From contig CAWDYC010000003.1 of the NCBI GenBank assembly GCA_963806535.1, positions 440,928-504,927 of the forward strand: a DNA stretch of 64,000 bases, written 5' to 3'. The notes beneath the pieces were generated by a model, which saw only the letters and a list, made by a program, of their open reading frames with translations, had not been told where the DNA came from and searched no databases. A program made the position numbers and the translations under genes. The DNA comes from Candidatus Bathyarchaeota archaeon (GTDB taxonomy: Archaea; Thermoproteota; Bathyarchaeia; Bathyarchaeales; Bathycorpusculaceae). Positions 40,311 through 50,594 of this stretch are shown here, piece after piece. Each line of letters starts with the position of its first letter. Positions within the stretch are counted from its first letter, which is position 1.

Positions 40311-43300
40311 ATGCCTCTGTTTAATGAGAAGTCTTTGATTGAGGATTATTTTGTTGAGCAGTTGCAGGTGCGGAGTGGGAAGCGTTGGAGGTTTGTTTCT
40401 GCTGATGAGCTTGAGCGGGAAGCCGTCGAGGAGCCGTTGCTGACTTCTGCGTTTATTCGTGCCCTGAAAAGCTTGAACAAAGACATCGGCATAGACGATG
40501 ATGAGATAAAGCAGGTCCTAAATGAGCTGAAGCTGAGGACCAGTGGCAGCGAAGACTCAAAGAAAATCCTCAACTACTTCAAAGATGGCGTGCCAATCAA
40601 GTTTGAGAAGGAAAGAGTAGTCAAATACGTCAAGCTCTTCGACTATGAAAACATTGCAAACAACGATTTTGTTATCAGCCGCCAAATCACCCATCAAGCC
40701 GGAGACAAACAAATCCGCAACGACATAATCCTCTACATCAACGGCATCCCGCTTGTTAACATTGAATGCAAGAATCCTGCTAGCCTAACAGAAACATGGT
40801 ACAATGCTTTCATGCAAATCCTTGGCTACGAGAAAGATGTTCCTGAACTCTACAAGTACATTCAGATTGGCGTAGCATCTGATAACAAAGCCAAATACTT
40901 CCCAACCACGCCTTGGCAGCAAGACGGCGAACCAAGATATTATGAATGGCGAGAAGCCAGCAAAGACTCGATAGACTCAACCATCGAAATGCTGATGCCA
41001 GAAACGCTGCTCAACATTATCCGCAATTACCTTTTCATACGCATAGAACGAGGCGCCACAACCAAAGTCATCACCCGATACATGCAGTACCGGGCAGCCG
41101 AACAAATCAGCAACCGAGTCCTAAACAACATCGAAGGCAAAGACGCAAAAAACAAAGGCTTAATTTGGCATTGGCAGGGCAGCGGCAAAACCTTAACCAT
41201 GATTTTCGCCGCAAACAAACTCTACCGGCACCCAGAGCTGCAGAACCCAACGATCTTTTTTGTTGTTGACCGCGAAGAACTCGAAACCCAACTCAGCGAC
41301 GAATTCAACGCCTTAGACATAACCAAACCCGAAGTCGTAGACTCCATACATGCCCTAAGAAAAATAATCCAGCACGACGAATACCGGGGCAAACGAGGCA
41401 TATTCATCACCCTCATCCACAAATTCCGACCCGAAGAACTATCTGAGCTCCAAAAAGAACTCGACACCCTAAGCAAAACCAGAGAAACCATCCAAACACG
41501 CAAGAACGTCATCCTCTTCATAGACGAAGCCCACCGCACACAATACGGCACACTCGCAGCCCAAATGAATGAAATCCTCAAAAACGCAGAAGCATACGCC
41601 TTCACAGGCACACCAGTCGCCAAACAGGGACACGACACTTATGGGCAATTCAGCTATCCGCCAGAAGAGAAGTACCTAGACAAGTACTTCATGACTGACA
41701 GCATAGAAGACGGCTTTACCCTAAAAATCGCTTACCAACCACGCCTCGAAGAAGATGTCCACCTCAAAAAAGACATGCTGGAAGCCTTCCTCGAAGTAAA
41801 CATTGACGAAATCCCTGAAGAACCTGCAAGAAGTCGTTGAGGAAAAAGCAAAGCAAAAACTAAACATCGCCAAAGTGTACCTCGAAAACCCTGACCGCAT
41901 CAAAAAAGTTGCCCAAGACATCGCCGCACACTTCAAAGAAAACTTGGATGGCAGATTCAAAGCCATGGTTGTTGCCGTCAACCGTCTTTCATGCGTACGC
42001 TACAAACGGGAACTCGACAAGCTTCTACCCAAAGAATACACCGAAGTCGTCATGACCTACAACCCGCTTAAAGACCAAAAAGAAATCCAAGACTACTTCA
42101 AAGAAGAAATCCAACGCAACCATGGCAAAGAAATCGAAGACATCCGCAAAGAAACCATAACCAAATTCAAAGAGGAACAAAACCCAAGAATCCTCATCGT
42201 AACCGACATGCTCCTCACAGGCTTCGATGCCCCAATCCTCCAAACAATGTATCTGGACAAACCACTAAAAGAACACCGACTTCTGCAAGCCATAGCCAGA
42301 ACCAACCGCCCATTCAAAGACCTCAAAGAAGCAGGCCTAATCATCGACTACGTCGGCATCCTAAAAGAATTCACCCGAGCATTCGAAAACTACACCAAAG
42401 AAGACATAACAGGCATACTCATCAACACCGACGACCTCGTCAAAGAATTCACCCAAAAACTGGATGAAACAACCGCACTCTTCGCCGACGTACCCAAAGA
42501 CCAATACGACCGAGAAACGATGAACAAAGCCTTCCAAACCATAACCAGCGACGAAGAGAGCACCAAAAAATTCCAAGCAAACTACAAACGCCTAAGAAAA
42601 CTCTTCGAACTGCTTGGGACCTCACCCAATAAAACTCGAAAAACTCAAAGACTACACCTGGCTCACCCAAGTCTACAACTTCTACCTCCATGAAACCAGA
42701 CAAGACGTTGCCAAAGAAAACGCCCTCGCATACAAGTACTTCCAAAAAACCCTCAAGTACGTCTACAAATCAACCGAAGTCAAAGACATAGACGAGCAGT
42801 ACCCAACCATCGAGTTCGACGCTGACTACCTCAAAAACCTCCAAGAAAAACTCAAAACCAAAGAGGAAAAAGCAGCCAACATTCTCTTCACACTCAACCG
42901 CTTCGTCATCATAGACAAACAACGCAACCCAGTCTACGAAGGCCTAGCAGCAAAAGTAGAGCGCCTCCTAAATCTGTGGAAAGAAAAAACCAAAGAATTC
43001 GACAAAATCTACAACGAAAGCGCCGAAATCTTCCAAGCAAATCCAAGCACTCCAAGCAAGACAAAAACAACTCCAATTCACAAACCTGCAGTACGCTATC
43101 CTGCTAAACATGGAAAAAGCAATCCCAAACAACGGAGACCTAACCAAAGACACCCAAGAACTCGCCACACTGCTGCAACCTTACCTTTTCAAGGGTTGGC
43201 AATACCAACAAACCGCCAAAAAAGCAGTTGAACAAGAAACCCGAAGATACCTCAGAAGAAAATACGTGAGCCAAAACCACCTCACTCTCGCAGAGATGGA

Positions 43301-43346
43301 TGCGCTCTACGAGAAAATAATTGATAGCGTGAAGACCTATGCCTGA
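40311..43346 (+). CDS. hsdR: Type I R-M restriction subunit (frameshifts ~41820, ~42620, ~43040)
   Basis: DIILYINGIPLVNIECK, WHWQGSGKT, IDEAHR, FTGTP, DMLLTGFDAP, QAIARTNR. Confidence 0.93.
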
Positions 43347-43923
43347 AACCCCAGAGTACACGGTAGAATACCGCAACGTGAAGCATCCAAGATGCGAATT
43401 CAAAACAGGCACCTTGCTGATTATTCTGCCAAAAAAGGGCTGGACACCAGAGCAGGTTCTCGAAAAATATGGCGAATGGATAAAACGCAAACAAGCAACC
43501 ATAAACACAGCAATTCAGCAAGTCAACGGAAACAGCCATCAATCAAAACAAGAACCGACAATGAACTGAGAATACTCGTTCAGAAATTACGCTGAATCAG
43601 CCCAAAAAGACCTCAACACAAAAATCAACAAAATCTACTTCAGAGAAATGAAAACCAAATGGGCAAGCCACAGCCAAAACAACAACCTAACCATAAACAC
43701 CCTCCTCAAATACCTCCCAGAAGACCTAATCAGCTACATAGTCTACCACGAAACAGCCCACAACCTTGAAAGAAAACACAACGAAAACTTTTGGGCATAT
43801 GTAAGCAAGAAATATCCAAACCATAACGATAAAGAAAAAGACCTGCTAACATACTGGTTCTTAATTCAAGAAAAACAAAAGCCTATTATCAAAAGTAAAT
43901 ATTTGAAATTACTACCAATTTGA
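43339..43923 (+). CDS. YgjP/DUF45-family (M48-like) metallohydrolase (frameshift ~43545)
   Basis: MKTKWAS, YIVYHETAH, HNENFW; usual companion of hsdR. Confidence 0.85.
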
Positions 43924-44030
43924 AAATTAACCAAGTTGCGGTACTATGTAAAATCCACCTGCCAGAATTCTATGCAATCTATCATAAAAGAAAATTGTGA
44001 AGCTGTAGTTGTAGTATTTTCCGATGTTGG

Positions 44031-44465
44031 TTATTTCTTGGCTGCTTGATCCAAAGCATCAAATTGTTGTTCAATTAGGCATTTGACTTTACTTAGGCAG
44101 TCAGTATCATTCTTCTCGCAAAGCGCAAGTTGCTCCTTGATTCTACTTAGCGCCCTTCTTAATGCCGATGAATCGTTTACATACGCTTTTAAGGTCGAAA
44201 CCCACGATTGACCCTGAGAATATGCCGTAACTCCTCCCAGGCCTAATGTTGTTAAAATGCCAGCTAAGTTGGACAGGAATATTGAGAGAATAATCAAGGA
44301 AGCTGTTACAGAAATAAACAGAATGTCAATAATTGCATTATTCTTCAGACTGCCCAGCGCATCGTTTACAGACTCTTGGTATATTTTTACTGCTTCTCTG
44401 ACTCTCTCGTACTCTGATGACACTCCATTATTCTCCTTCTCGCTTCCAAGCAGTTTCGTCTCCAC
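44031..44465 (-). CDS. 2-TM membrane protein, last gene of the dcd operon
   Basis: Hydrophobic hairpin (IIDILFISVTASLIILSIFL / LAGILTTLGLGGVTAY) between helical soluble parts. Confidence 0.7.
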   Translation of the reverse strand: METKLLGSEKENNGVSSEYERVREAVKIYQESVNDALGSLKNNAIIDILFISVTASLIILSIFLSNLAGILTTLGLGGVTAYSQGQSWVSTLKAYVNDSSALRRALSRIKEQLALCEKNDTDCLSKVKCLIEQQFDALDQAAKK

Positions 44466-44619
44466 TGAGCAATTTCTGGATGGCCTCTCGCTTTTCCAAG
44501 ATTTTCTTTGCCGTTTTCGGGTTAACGCTCACCATTTCTTCTATCAATTGCTTGTTAGCATGTTCATCAGAAGCGGGCGAGCATTGTTTATTTTTTGAAT
44601 CCTTCACTATCAAACACAA
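44428..44619 (-). CDS. Small hypothetical protein (63 aa)
   Basis: Overlaps both neighbours; could instead be a frameshifted part of an adjacent gene. Confidence 0.45.
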   Translation of the reverse strand: MCLIVKDSKNKQCSPASDEHANKQLIEEMVSVNPKTAKKILEKREAIQKLLSGDETAWKREGE

Positions 44620-45307
44620 TTTCCCTTGTTTGGTGATTTATCCTCTTTTATTATAGCCCTTATTGTTGCCAAATCTGGATCTTCATGTAACAAACTAAAC
44701 GCTGGCTCAACTGCAGCAGCATATTTTGAGGAGTACAATTTCTTGGTAATTTTAAGCCTTCGTATTTTTAAGAAGATTAATTGAGCAATTCTTGTGCCTG
44801 GATAAAGTGCGATTGGCGTGTCCCCTTCATTCGCTAGCTCTAAAGTAATTACACCTGCATAGCCAGGGTGTACCAATGTCGCAGCGCTGATTATCAGTCC
44901 CAGACGCCCCCACGAAGAACGCCCAATAACTTCCGCCATTAAATCTTTTGGCATCCTTATGTATTCTAGAGTTGAGCCTAAAACAAGCTGTTGTGGATGA
45001 AGAATTAACTTTTTTCCTAATGGAACATATACTTTCTCTTGAAATTGGCCTATTCTTGAACTTAGCTCGTTATAGTCATCCTCGCACACATCAAGGAGAG
45101 AATATCTTGTCCGCTTGAAAATAATGAATTGAGTTCCTAACCTAAGATCTAACGCACCAAAACCGACTTGTTCTTTGGCATTGATCACTGGCGCCAAGAA
45201 TATCCTTTTTCAACATTTCCATTGCTTTTTATCCGCTCAAGAATTTCTTCGCCGTTAAGCGCACCACTCGAAGTATTTTCCCGCACTTTTTCAGTCTTGT
45301 TTGCCAT
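44610..45307 (-). CDS. dcd: dCTP deaminase (dUTPase fold); 5' part frameshifted at the A-run 45206-45210
   Basis: DLRLG, LGSTLEYIRMP, GRSSWGRLGL, VHPGYAGVITLELAN, LYPGTRIAQLIF; upstream frame MANKTEK...GALNGEEILER. Confidence 0.85.
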
Positions 45308-45318
45308 ATTAAATGTAG

Positions 45319-46620
45319 TCACCGCTTCATTTGCAATTTTTGCTGTATGTAGCTTAATTCGCCAGCCTTCATCATTAGTTTGTGAAGCTTGTTTCTGGTG
45401 GAAAGCTTGTCTTTAACCGTCTTATCTTCAAAACTGTTGTGAAAACTTTCCATTGACGTCAATACATACAGTACTCCCGCATTAATTATCGATATTCTAT
45501 TGGCAGGCTTTTCAAAATCTATCTCTACTGGTGGAACTACAAAGTCAATTGCATCAATAAGCTTGAAAACGTCATCGCAAAATGCACCAGGTGTATAGTC
45601 TTGACCCTTAATTGCCTTTCCAACTTCTTCCCATAAGTCTTTTTTGATTCCTTCTACGGATTTATCAACCAAAGCCTCTTCAGTATCTAGAGAGGATGCT
45701 GGACTTTGCGAAATCAACGTTTTTAGATCAGAAATTATTCCTTCAAACTTCTCAGCGACCTCGCGATTTTTTGCATCAAGCAAACCTTTCTTTTGTTTGA
45801 TGCGACCTGGATAATCCATATGTTCGTAAAGATCCATCAAGAATACCATTCTAGTCCTTACTGATGGGTAATTCGGCGGTTTGCTATCCAAGGTCGCACT
45901 GCTTGCAAGATAGTCAAACTGGGCAATCAAGAAAGCCGGACCAAAAATGTAAAAACCAACAGCATCAGATACTAACTCTTTTAGCTGTGAATTTATCTTT
46001 GCGTATGCTTCGGTCTTAGTGCTTATTTCTATTGTTTCTGCTCGGAAATACTCATCCATTTTTATCTCTTTTTTCTCGGCAGTAATGTTTGTCTTTAACT
46101 TTTCAGCTACTATTTGGTTAACAATGGTAGGTTGCAAGACAATTTTTGGAATTAACAAACGAACAATGCCTTTTTCCTCATTAACAAAGTGTCCAAATTC
46201 GTCGCCTATTAGGCTGTTAAGCAACATATTGTCCCTATGGGCGAGAGGAAACCAATAAATTGGCATTTTATCGGCATATGAAAACTTGCTCTCAATATCA
46301 GGTAGCGTATACTTTAGCGTTGCCTTTAACGGAGTAATCAATTCTTTGTAGAAGAAATTGAACTGGTAATCAGGCAAGAAAATAAGATCTGCCCTTGGAT
46401 TAATCAGCTTAGTCCTCTCTTCTATCAGTTGAGCTATGAAAGTTGGTACATATTCCCTGCCGCCCATCTCCAAAATTTCGAGTAGCCAATGTAGCCTGTT
46501 AAACAATTCACAGAAACGTCTGGCTTTAATCCATTTTTTCTCTATGTCTTGTGGTGTTTTACATGGCGTTTGTTCTAGTTCATCGATTTTAATTAGAAGA
46601 TCATTATGAATCTCAATCAT
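45319..46620 (-). CDS. Large helical protein with degenerate zincin/M48-like motifs; frame stays open upstream to ~46775
   Basis: IGDEFGH, ELVSDAVG...GPAF, NYPSVRTR. Confidence 0.7.
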   Translation of the reverse strand: MIEIHNDLLIKIDELEQTPCKTPQDIEKKWIKARRFCELFNRLHWLLEILEMGGREYVPTFIAQLIEERTKLINPRADLIFLPDYQFNFFYKELITPLKATLKYTLPDIESKFSYADKMPIYWFPLAHRDNMLLNSLIGDEFGHFVNEEKGIVRLLIPKIVLQPTIVNQIVAEKLKTNITAEKKEIKMDEYFRAETIEISTKTEAYAKINSQLKELVSDAVGFYIFGPAFLIAQFDYLASSATLDSKPPNYPSVRTRMVFLMDLYEHMDYPGRIKQKKGLLDAKNREVAEKFEGIISDLKTLISQSPASSLDTEEALVDKSVEGIKKDLWEEVGKAIKGQDYTPGAFCDDVFKLIDAIDFVVPPVEIDFEKPANRISIINAGVLYVLTSMESFHNSFEDKTVKDKLSTRNKLHKLMMKAGELSYIQQKLQMKR

Positions 46621-46675
46621 CGATTTGATAAAACTGCTGGAAGCCTTGAAAGGATAGTCTCTATATGTTAGTTCT

Positions 46676-47221
46676 TCATACCTTAAAAGGGAGAAATTGC
46701 CAGAGTCTTGGATCGTTTGGATTAAAATCTGAAGAAGGTTGCGGGAAATGGCAATTTTTCCGAATTGATCTCTCTTTCATATATGCGCTTGCTTGATCAG
46801 CAGTTTGTCTCTGTAAGAATTCGAAGAATGCTAATGCCACAGTCCTCCGCTTAGAATCGATTACTTTGCTATCCAGTATATGCTCAATCTCACTAGTCAT
46901 TTCTTTCATCAGTTGCTGGAATCTTTCTTTAGTCATTTGCTCAGAATTCTTTAAGAGTGCTTGGCTCAATACACTCACTGCTTTTTGGTAGGCATCCATT
47001 GTTTCTAATGCTGCGCAGCTAAGTCTTTCTGCTTTTGCTTCCTTTTGGCCTTCTAAAATTGTGGTTAGAAAATCCTTAACTTTCATTAAGACTGGTTCGT
47101 CTGATGGGTCAATTGGACCTGCCTTTTGCAGCACGTCCACTACTCTATCAGCAAAAAAGCCTTGTGCTAAAAGGTCACTATCCTCTAAGAAGTCCATTTG
47201 TGACAAATCCCTTAAACCCAT
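46676..47221 (-). CDS. Hypothetical all-helical protein, first gene of the dcd operon
   Basis: ATG with GAAGGT RBS; 3' end overlaps the open upstream frame of the next gene. Confidence 0.7.
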   Translation of the reverse strand: MGLRDLSQMDFLEDSDLLAQGFFADRVVDVLQKAGPIDPSDEPVLMKVKDFLTTILEGQKEAKAERLSCAALETMDAYQKAVSVLSQALLKNSEQMTKERFQQLMKEMTSEIEHILDSKVIDSKRRTVALAFFEFLQRQTADQASAYMKERSIRKNCHFPQPSSDFNPNDPRLWQFLPFKV

Positions 47222-47514
47222 TTGACTATTACCTTCTTAACTATCTTAAATGATTTTCCGTTAGAAGAGCTTGATATTTTCATATATAGAAGTTGGCTAA
47301 TCGCCATATAAGCCATATTAATCATTAAGCAATATTACCAATAAGAATCTTTTGCTAACGACATTTTAAACAATAACAGCAATTACTTCTTGAAGCAGAT
47401 AACAATTTTAACATATAAAGCTCAATTATGCTCACATTAATTTAACAGACCTCATAGAAAACAGCTAATCAAGTTCGCATTAAGTTTAATAGATAAAGCA
47501 AGGAAAAAGTAAGC

Positions 47515-48021
47515 ATGATTCTAAACGATTCAGAGATAAAAAATCTCATTAAGACTGGACTCGTCAGTGAATACATCAGCTTAAATGACCAGCTAACCCC
47601 CAATGGCTTTGACCTTACTGTTGCAAAAATATACAAATTCAGCACCAGAGGTGAGTTAGGATTTTCTAACAGTCAAAGAATCCTCCCAAATTTAGAAGAA
47701 ATAACCTGGGAAGACGATTGCGCAGAACTACCAAAGGGATGCTATAAAATTAAAACGAACGAAACAATAAGAATGCCACTTAATTTAATTGCAATAGCTA
47801 TGCCAAGATCATCTTTGCTAAGATCAGGAATAACAATTAGCACCGGAGTATGGGACGCAGGGTTCAATGGCAAGAGCGAATTTTTACTCAGCGTACAAAA
47901 CGATTATGGATTTAAAATTTGGAAAAATGCCCGAGTTGTTCAGTTAGTCTTTTTGCAAACTAACGATGTTAAAGAAGGGTATAATGGCATTTATAATCTG
48001 ACAGAAAAAACAGGAAAATAG
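47515..48021 (+). CDS. Archaeal-type trimeric dUTPase
   Basis: QLTPNGFDLTV, PRSSLLRSG, VWDAGFNG, NARVVQLVF, YNGIY. Confidence 0.8.
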   Translation: MILNDSEIKNLIKTGLVSEYISLNDQLTPNGFDLTVAKIYKFSTRGELGFSNSQRILPNLEEITWEDDCAELPKGCYKIKTNETIRMPLNLIAIAMPRSSLLRSGITISTGVWDAGFNGKSEFLLSVQNDYGFKIWKNARVVQLVFLQTNDVKEGYNGIYNLTEKTGK

Positions 48022-48080
48022 CTGCGAGGAAACTTTAGTGGTGCCATAGCCTCTTTCCTTGACGTTTGAAGCCCATCACC
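48019..48080 (+). repeat. Degenerate internal copy of the attR region
   Basis: Ungapped alignment to 52261-52322 gives 46/62 identities by hand count, covering the arm and part of the core (GTTTGAAGCCCATCACC vs GTTCGAATCCCTTCCCC). Confidence 0.8.
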
Positions 48081-48189
48081 TATGCAAAAGATCCGATGGT
48101 TTGGTTACAAAATTCTATTTTTCTAGATAAATGGGCAAAGCGACAAAGATAATAGGAAAGGGCGCTGAGACAAATGGAGAGGGGCATAT

Positions 48190-49461
48190 GTGGATCTGCT
48201 TGGACAGTACAGCGAAACGGACGTCTTGCAGAAGGAATACCTAGCTGACCTGCCAGCGGCAAGAAAACGGCTTAGCCAATTCAAGACTCTGGACACCTTA
48301 TTCGGCTCGTTCGCAGGTTATGAGGGCAAGGAATACGATAAGACACGGAACATCTTTCTCCGGTGGTGCCTGCCGTTCAACTTGAACGAGACGGGGCTAA
48401 GGGAGGTTGAGGATGCCTTAGTCTTGTTCGGTGCCCCCGGCTGGAACCTGAAGAGAAGAGACTCCCTAAAAAAGAAGCTATGCAGTGACGACTATTTTGA
48501 CAGCTTGACCAAGTATACTGAGCTCGCCTACGCCAAATGGCTCGCGGACAAGCTGGGTGCAGGAAACGTTGAGCTGGAGCCAGAGTTGACTACGGGCAAG
48601 ATTTCAGACATTCTCGCGAAGGTTAACACGAGGACGATCTACATCGAGCTGGGAAACCTCTGCGAGAGTACACCAGAGAGGAAAATCCAGGGGATGCTCA
48701 ATGCTGCAGCCGCTCACCTGCGGACAAAGGTAAGAGGGACACTTATGGTCCACATGGAGATCAACATACCCGAGGTGCTCGTCATGGATGGCCAAAACCA
48801 CATCGACGAAGCAGAGTCAACTAGAAGAATCTATTCGGAAATCGACAGGTTCCACATAGACAAGCTGAAGGGTTTCGAGGGTATGATTGACCTTTCCGAC
48901 ATCTCGCGAACATTAATGCTTCAGCCTACACTGGAACGGATTGGACCGCTGGTGCTGCCACAGGATGCGGAGAAGCTAGAGCAAATCAAGAAGCCTCCAA
49001 TAGACGGGTGGGTCCAATCCTGCAGGGGAGAACTTGAAAAGGGAAGCACGCTAATCAACTGGTTCTCTATCCATAAAGAGGCATTCCTGCTTGTGGAGGT
49101 CCACCCGATGATGACTTTCCCATCGAAGGCAGCCAAGGAAGAGACGGATGCCTTCCTCAGGCACGTTGCTCGCCACATCAACGGACAGCTAGAGCAACTC
49201 CAGCCAGGCAGTCCGAATATAATATTTGTTCAGGGTTTCAACTGGGTGCTGTTCGGACTTGGAGAGGACTTTGAAGATGTGGAGCCGTTGGTTGCCGCGA
49301 TTCGGGCATATCTTCAGGAGAAGAAGCTGCCCCACCTTAGCGGGGTAGGGTTCTTCAGCCACGACCTCTCAAAATCAATATTCGTATCCAACATGTGTGC
49401 CGCGAAGGAATCCAAAATTTCGGCGGCTGACGTCGGGCGCCTTGGGATGCGCGTGGTCTAA
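48190..49461 (+). CDS. Hypothetical protein with a PD-(D/E)xK-like segment; visibly higher GC than its neighbours
   Basis: TELAYAKWL...ELEPELTTGKISDILAKVNTRTIYIELG. Confidence 0.65.
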   Translation: MDLLGQYSETDVLQKEYLADLPAARKRLSQFKTLDTLFGSFAGYEGKEYDKTRNIFLRWCLPFNLNETGLREVEDALVLFGAPGWNLKRRDSLKKKLCSDDYFDSLTKYTELAYAKWLADKLGAGNVELEPELTTGKISDILAKVNTRTIYIELGNLCESTPERKIQGMLNAAAAHLRTKVRGTLMVHMEINIPEVLVMDGQNHIDEAESTRRIYSEIDRFHIDKLKGFEGMIDLSDISRTLMLQPTLERIGPLVLPQDAEKLEQIKKPPIDGWVQSCRGELEKGSTLINWFSIHKEAFLLVEVHPMMTFPSKAAKEETDAFLRHVARHINGQLEQLQPGSPNIIFVQGFNWVLFGLGEDFEDVEPLVAAIRAYLQEKKLPHLSGVGFFSHDLSKSIFVSNMCAAKESKISAADVGRLGMRVV

Positions 49462-49621
49462 CTGATAGTTGTCGCGCGCCACCTTTTTCTTGCTTTTTCT
49501 AAGCATTCTTGGTAAAGTAGTGTTAGCTTTCTCAAAATCGGCTCAATCCCTCCCTTGTCAATTGACTAAAACAATTCTTAAATAGAAAGAAAATAGAATA
49601 CGACTTTAACGAGGGGTTGCT

Positions 49622-50473
49622 TTGGACAAAACTATATCCCAATTAATTTATGATCTTTATGAAATCAAAGAGAATCCTTTGAAAAATATTGACAGGCTTT
49701 ATTCCATACTCGATAAAGCTGCAGCATTTGGAATTGAAGCTCCTCCACCATCTTTTCTTAAAGAGGATCAGGTTGCGGCACGGCTAATTGAGAATCGCTC
49801 GGATATTCTTCAATCTTTACACAATTGTGTTACCAATTATTTGTCAAGTCAAAAACAAGGAATAGAAGGCTCTGAGGCTCATATTCGCCAGCTTGCAGAA
49901 GAAATGCGATCAAATCTTGAACAGAATCTTCAATACTATGATCAAATGCTTAAGTCGCTCAGTTTCAAAATAACTGACTCAAATCGAGAATATTTTGAAA
50001 ACTTGATTTCGCAATTGATTGGTCGCAGACTTGAACATGAATTGTTGCCGAATCTAATGGAAAAAATGGGGTATGAACGCTGCCCTACCGCATTCAAAAT
50101 AGAGGGCAAGATCGTGGAGATTGACGGCCGTTATGAGCATAGCATTTATGACGGAGCTGCAAACGAGATATTGGTCGAAAAAAGCGTTATCATTGTAGAA
50201 TGCAAAACAACAATTGGTTCCAGAGATATCGAAAAGTTTTCTAGTAAAGTGAAAGTATTAAAAGGAAAATATGAAAATGATAAAGTCAATTGGGGTTATG
50301 ACAACCTTAAGTTTGAAAGTTGGATCATTGGCTGCTACGGCTGGAGCGAAAAAGTTATTCGCGAGGCAGAAGAAAGGGACATTCGTGCATTTACACCCGA
50401 GAAACTTGAAGAAATGTTAAAGAAATACAAAGCGTACGACGGAAGAATTCCGACTTGCCCTCCTTGCGAGTAG
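49622..50473 (+). CDS. PD-(D/E)xK restriction-endonuclease-like protein with helical N-terminus
   Basis: GRRLE...EIDGRYE...IVECKTTIGSRDIEKF. Confidence 0.75.
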   Translation: MDKTISQLIYDLYEIKENPLKNIDRLYSILDKAAAFGIEAPPPSFLKEDQVAARLIENRSDILQSLHNCVTNYLSSQKQGIEGSEAHIRQLAEEMRSNLEQNLQYYDQMLKSLSFKITDSNREYFENLISQLIGRRLEHELLPNLMEKMGYERCPTAFKIEGKIVEIDGRYEHSIYDGAANEILVEKSVIIVECKTTIGSRDIEKFSSKVKVLKGKYENDKVNWGYDNLKFESWIIGCYGWSEKVIREAEERDIRAFTPEKLEEMLKKYKAYDGRIPTCPPCE

Positions 50474-50594
50474 ATTTAGACTGAAGCCATTTGACAAGAA
50501 GGATCTATACGAATGCTTCAGAAATATGGGCTTTTAGGTCGCAGGTTCCTAATTTTTCAGTAATTCTTTATCACATTCCGTGTAGTAGTTACGA

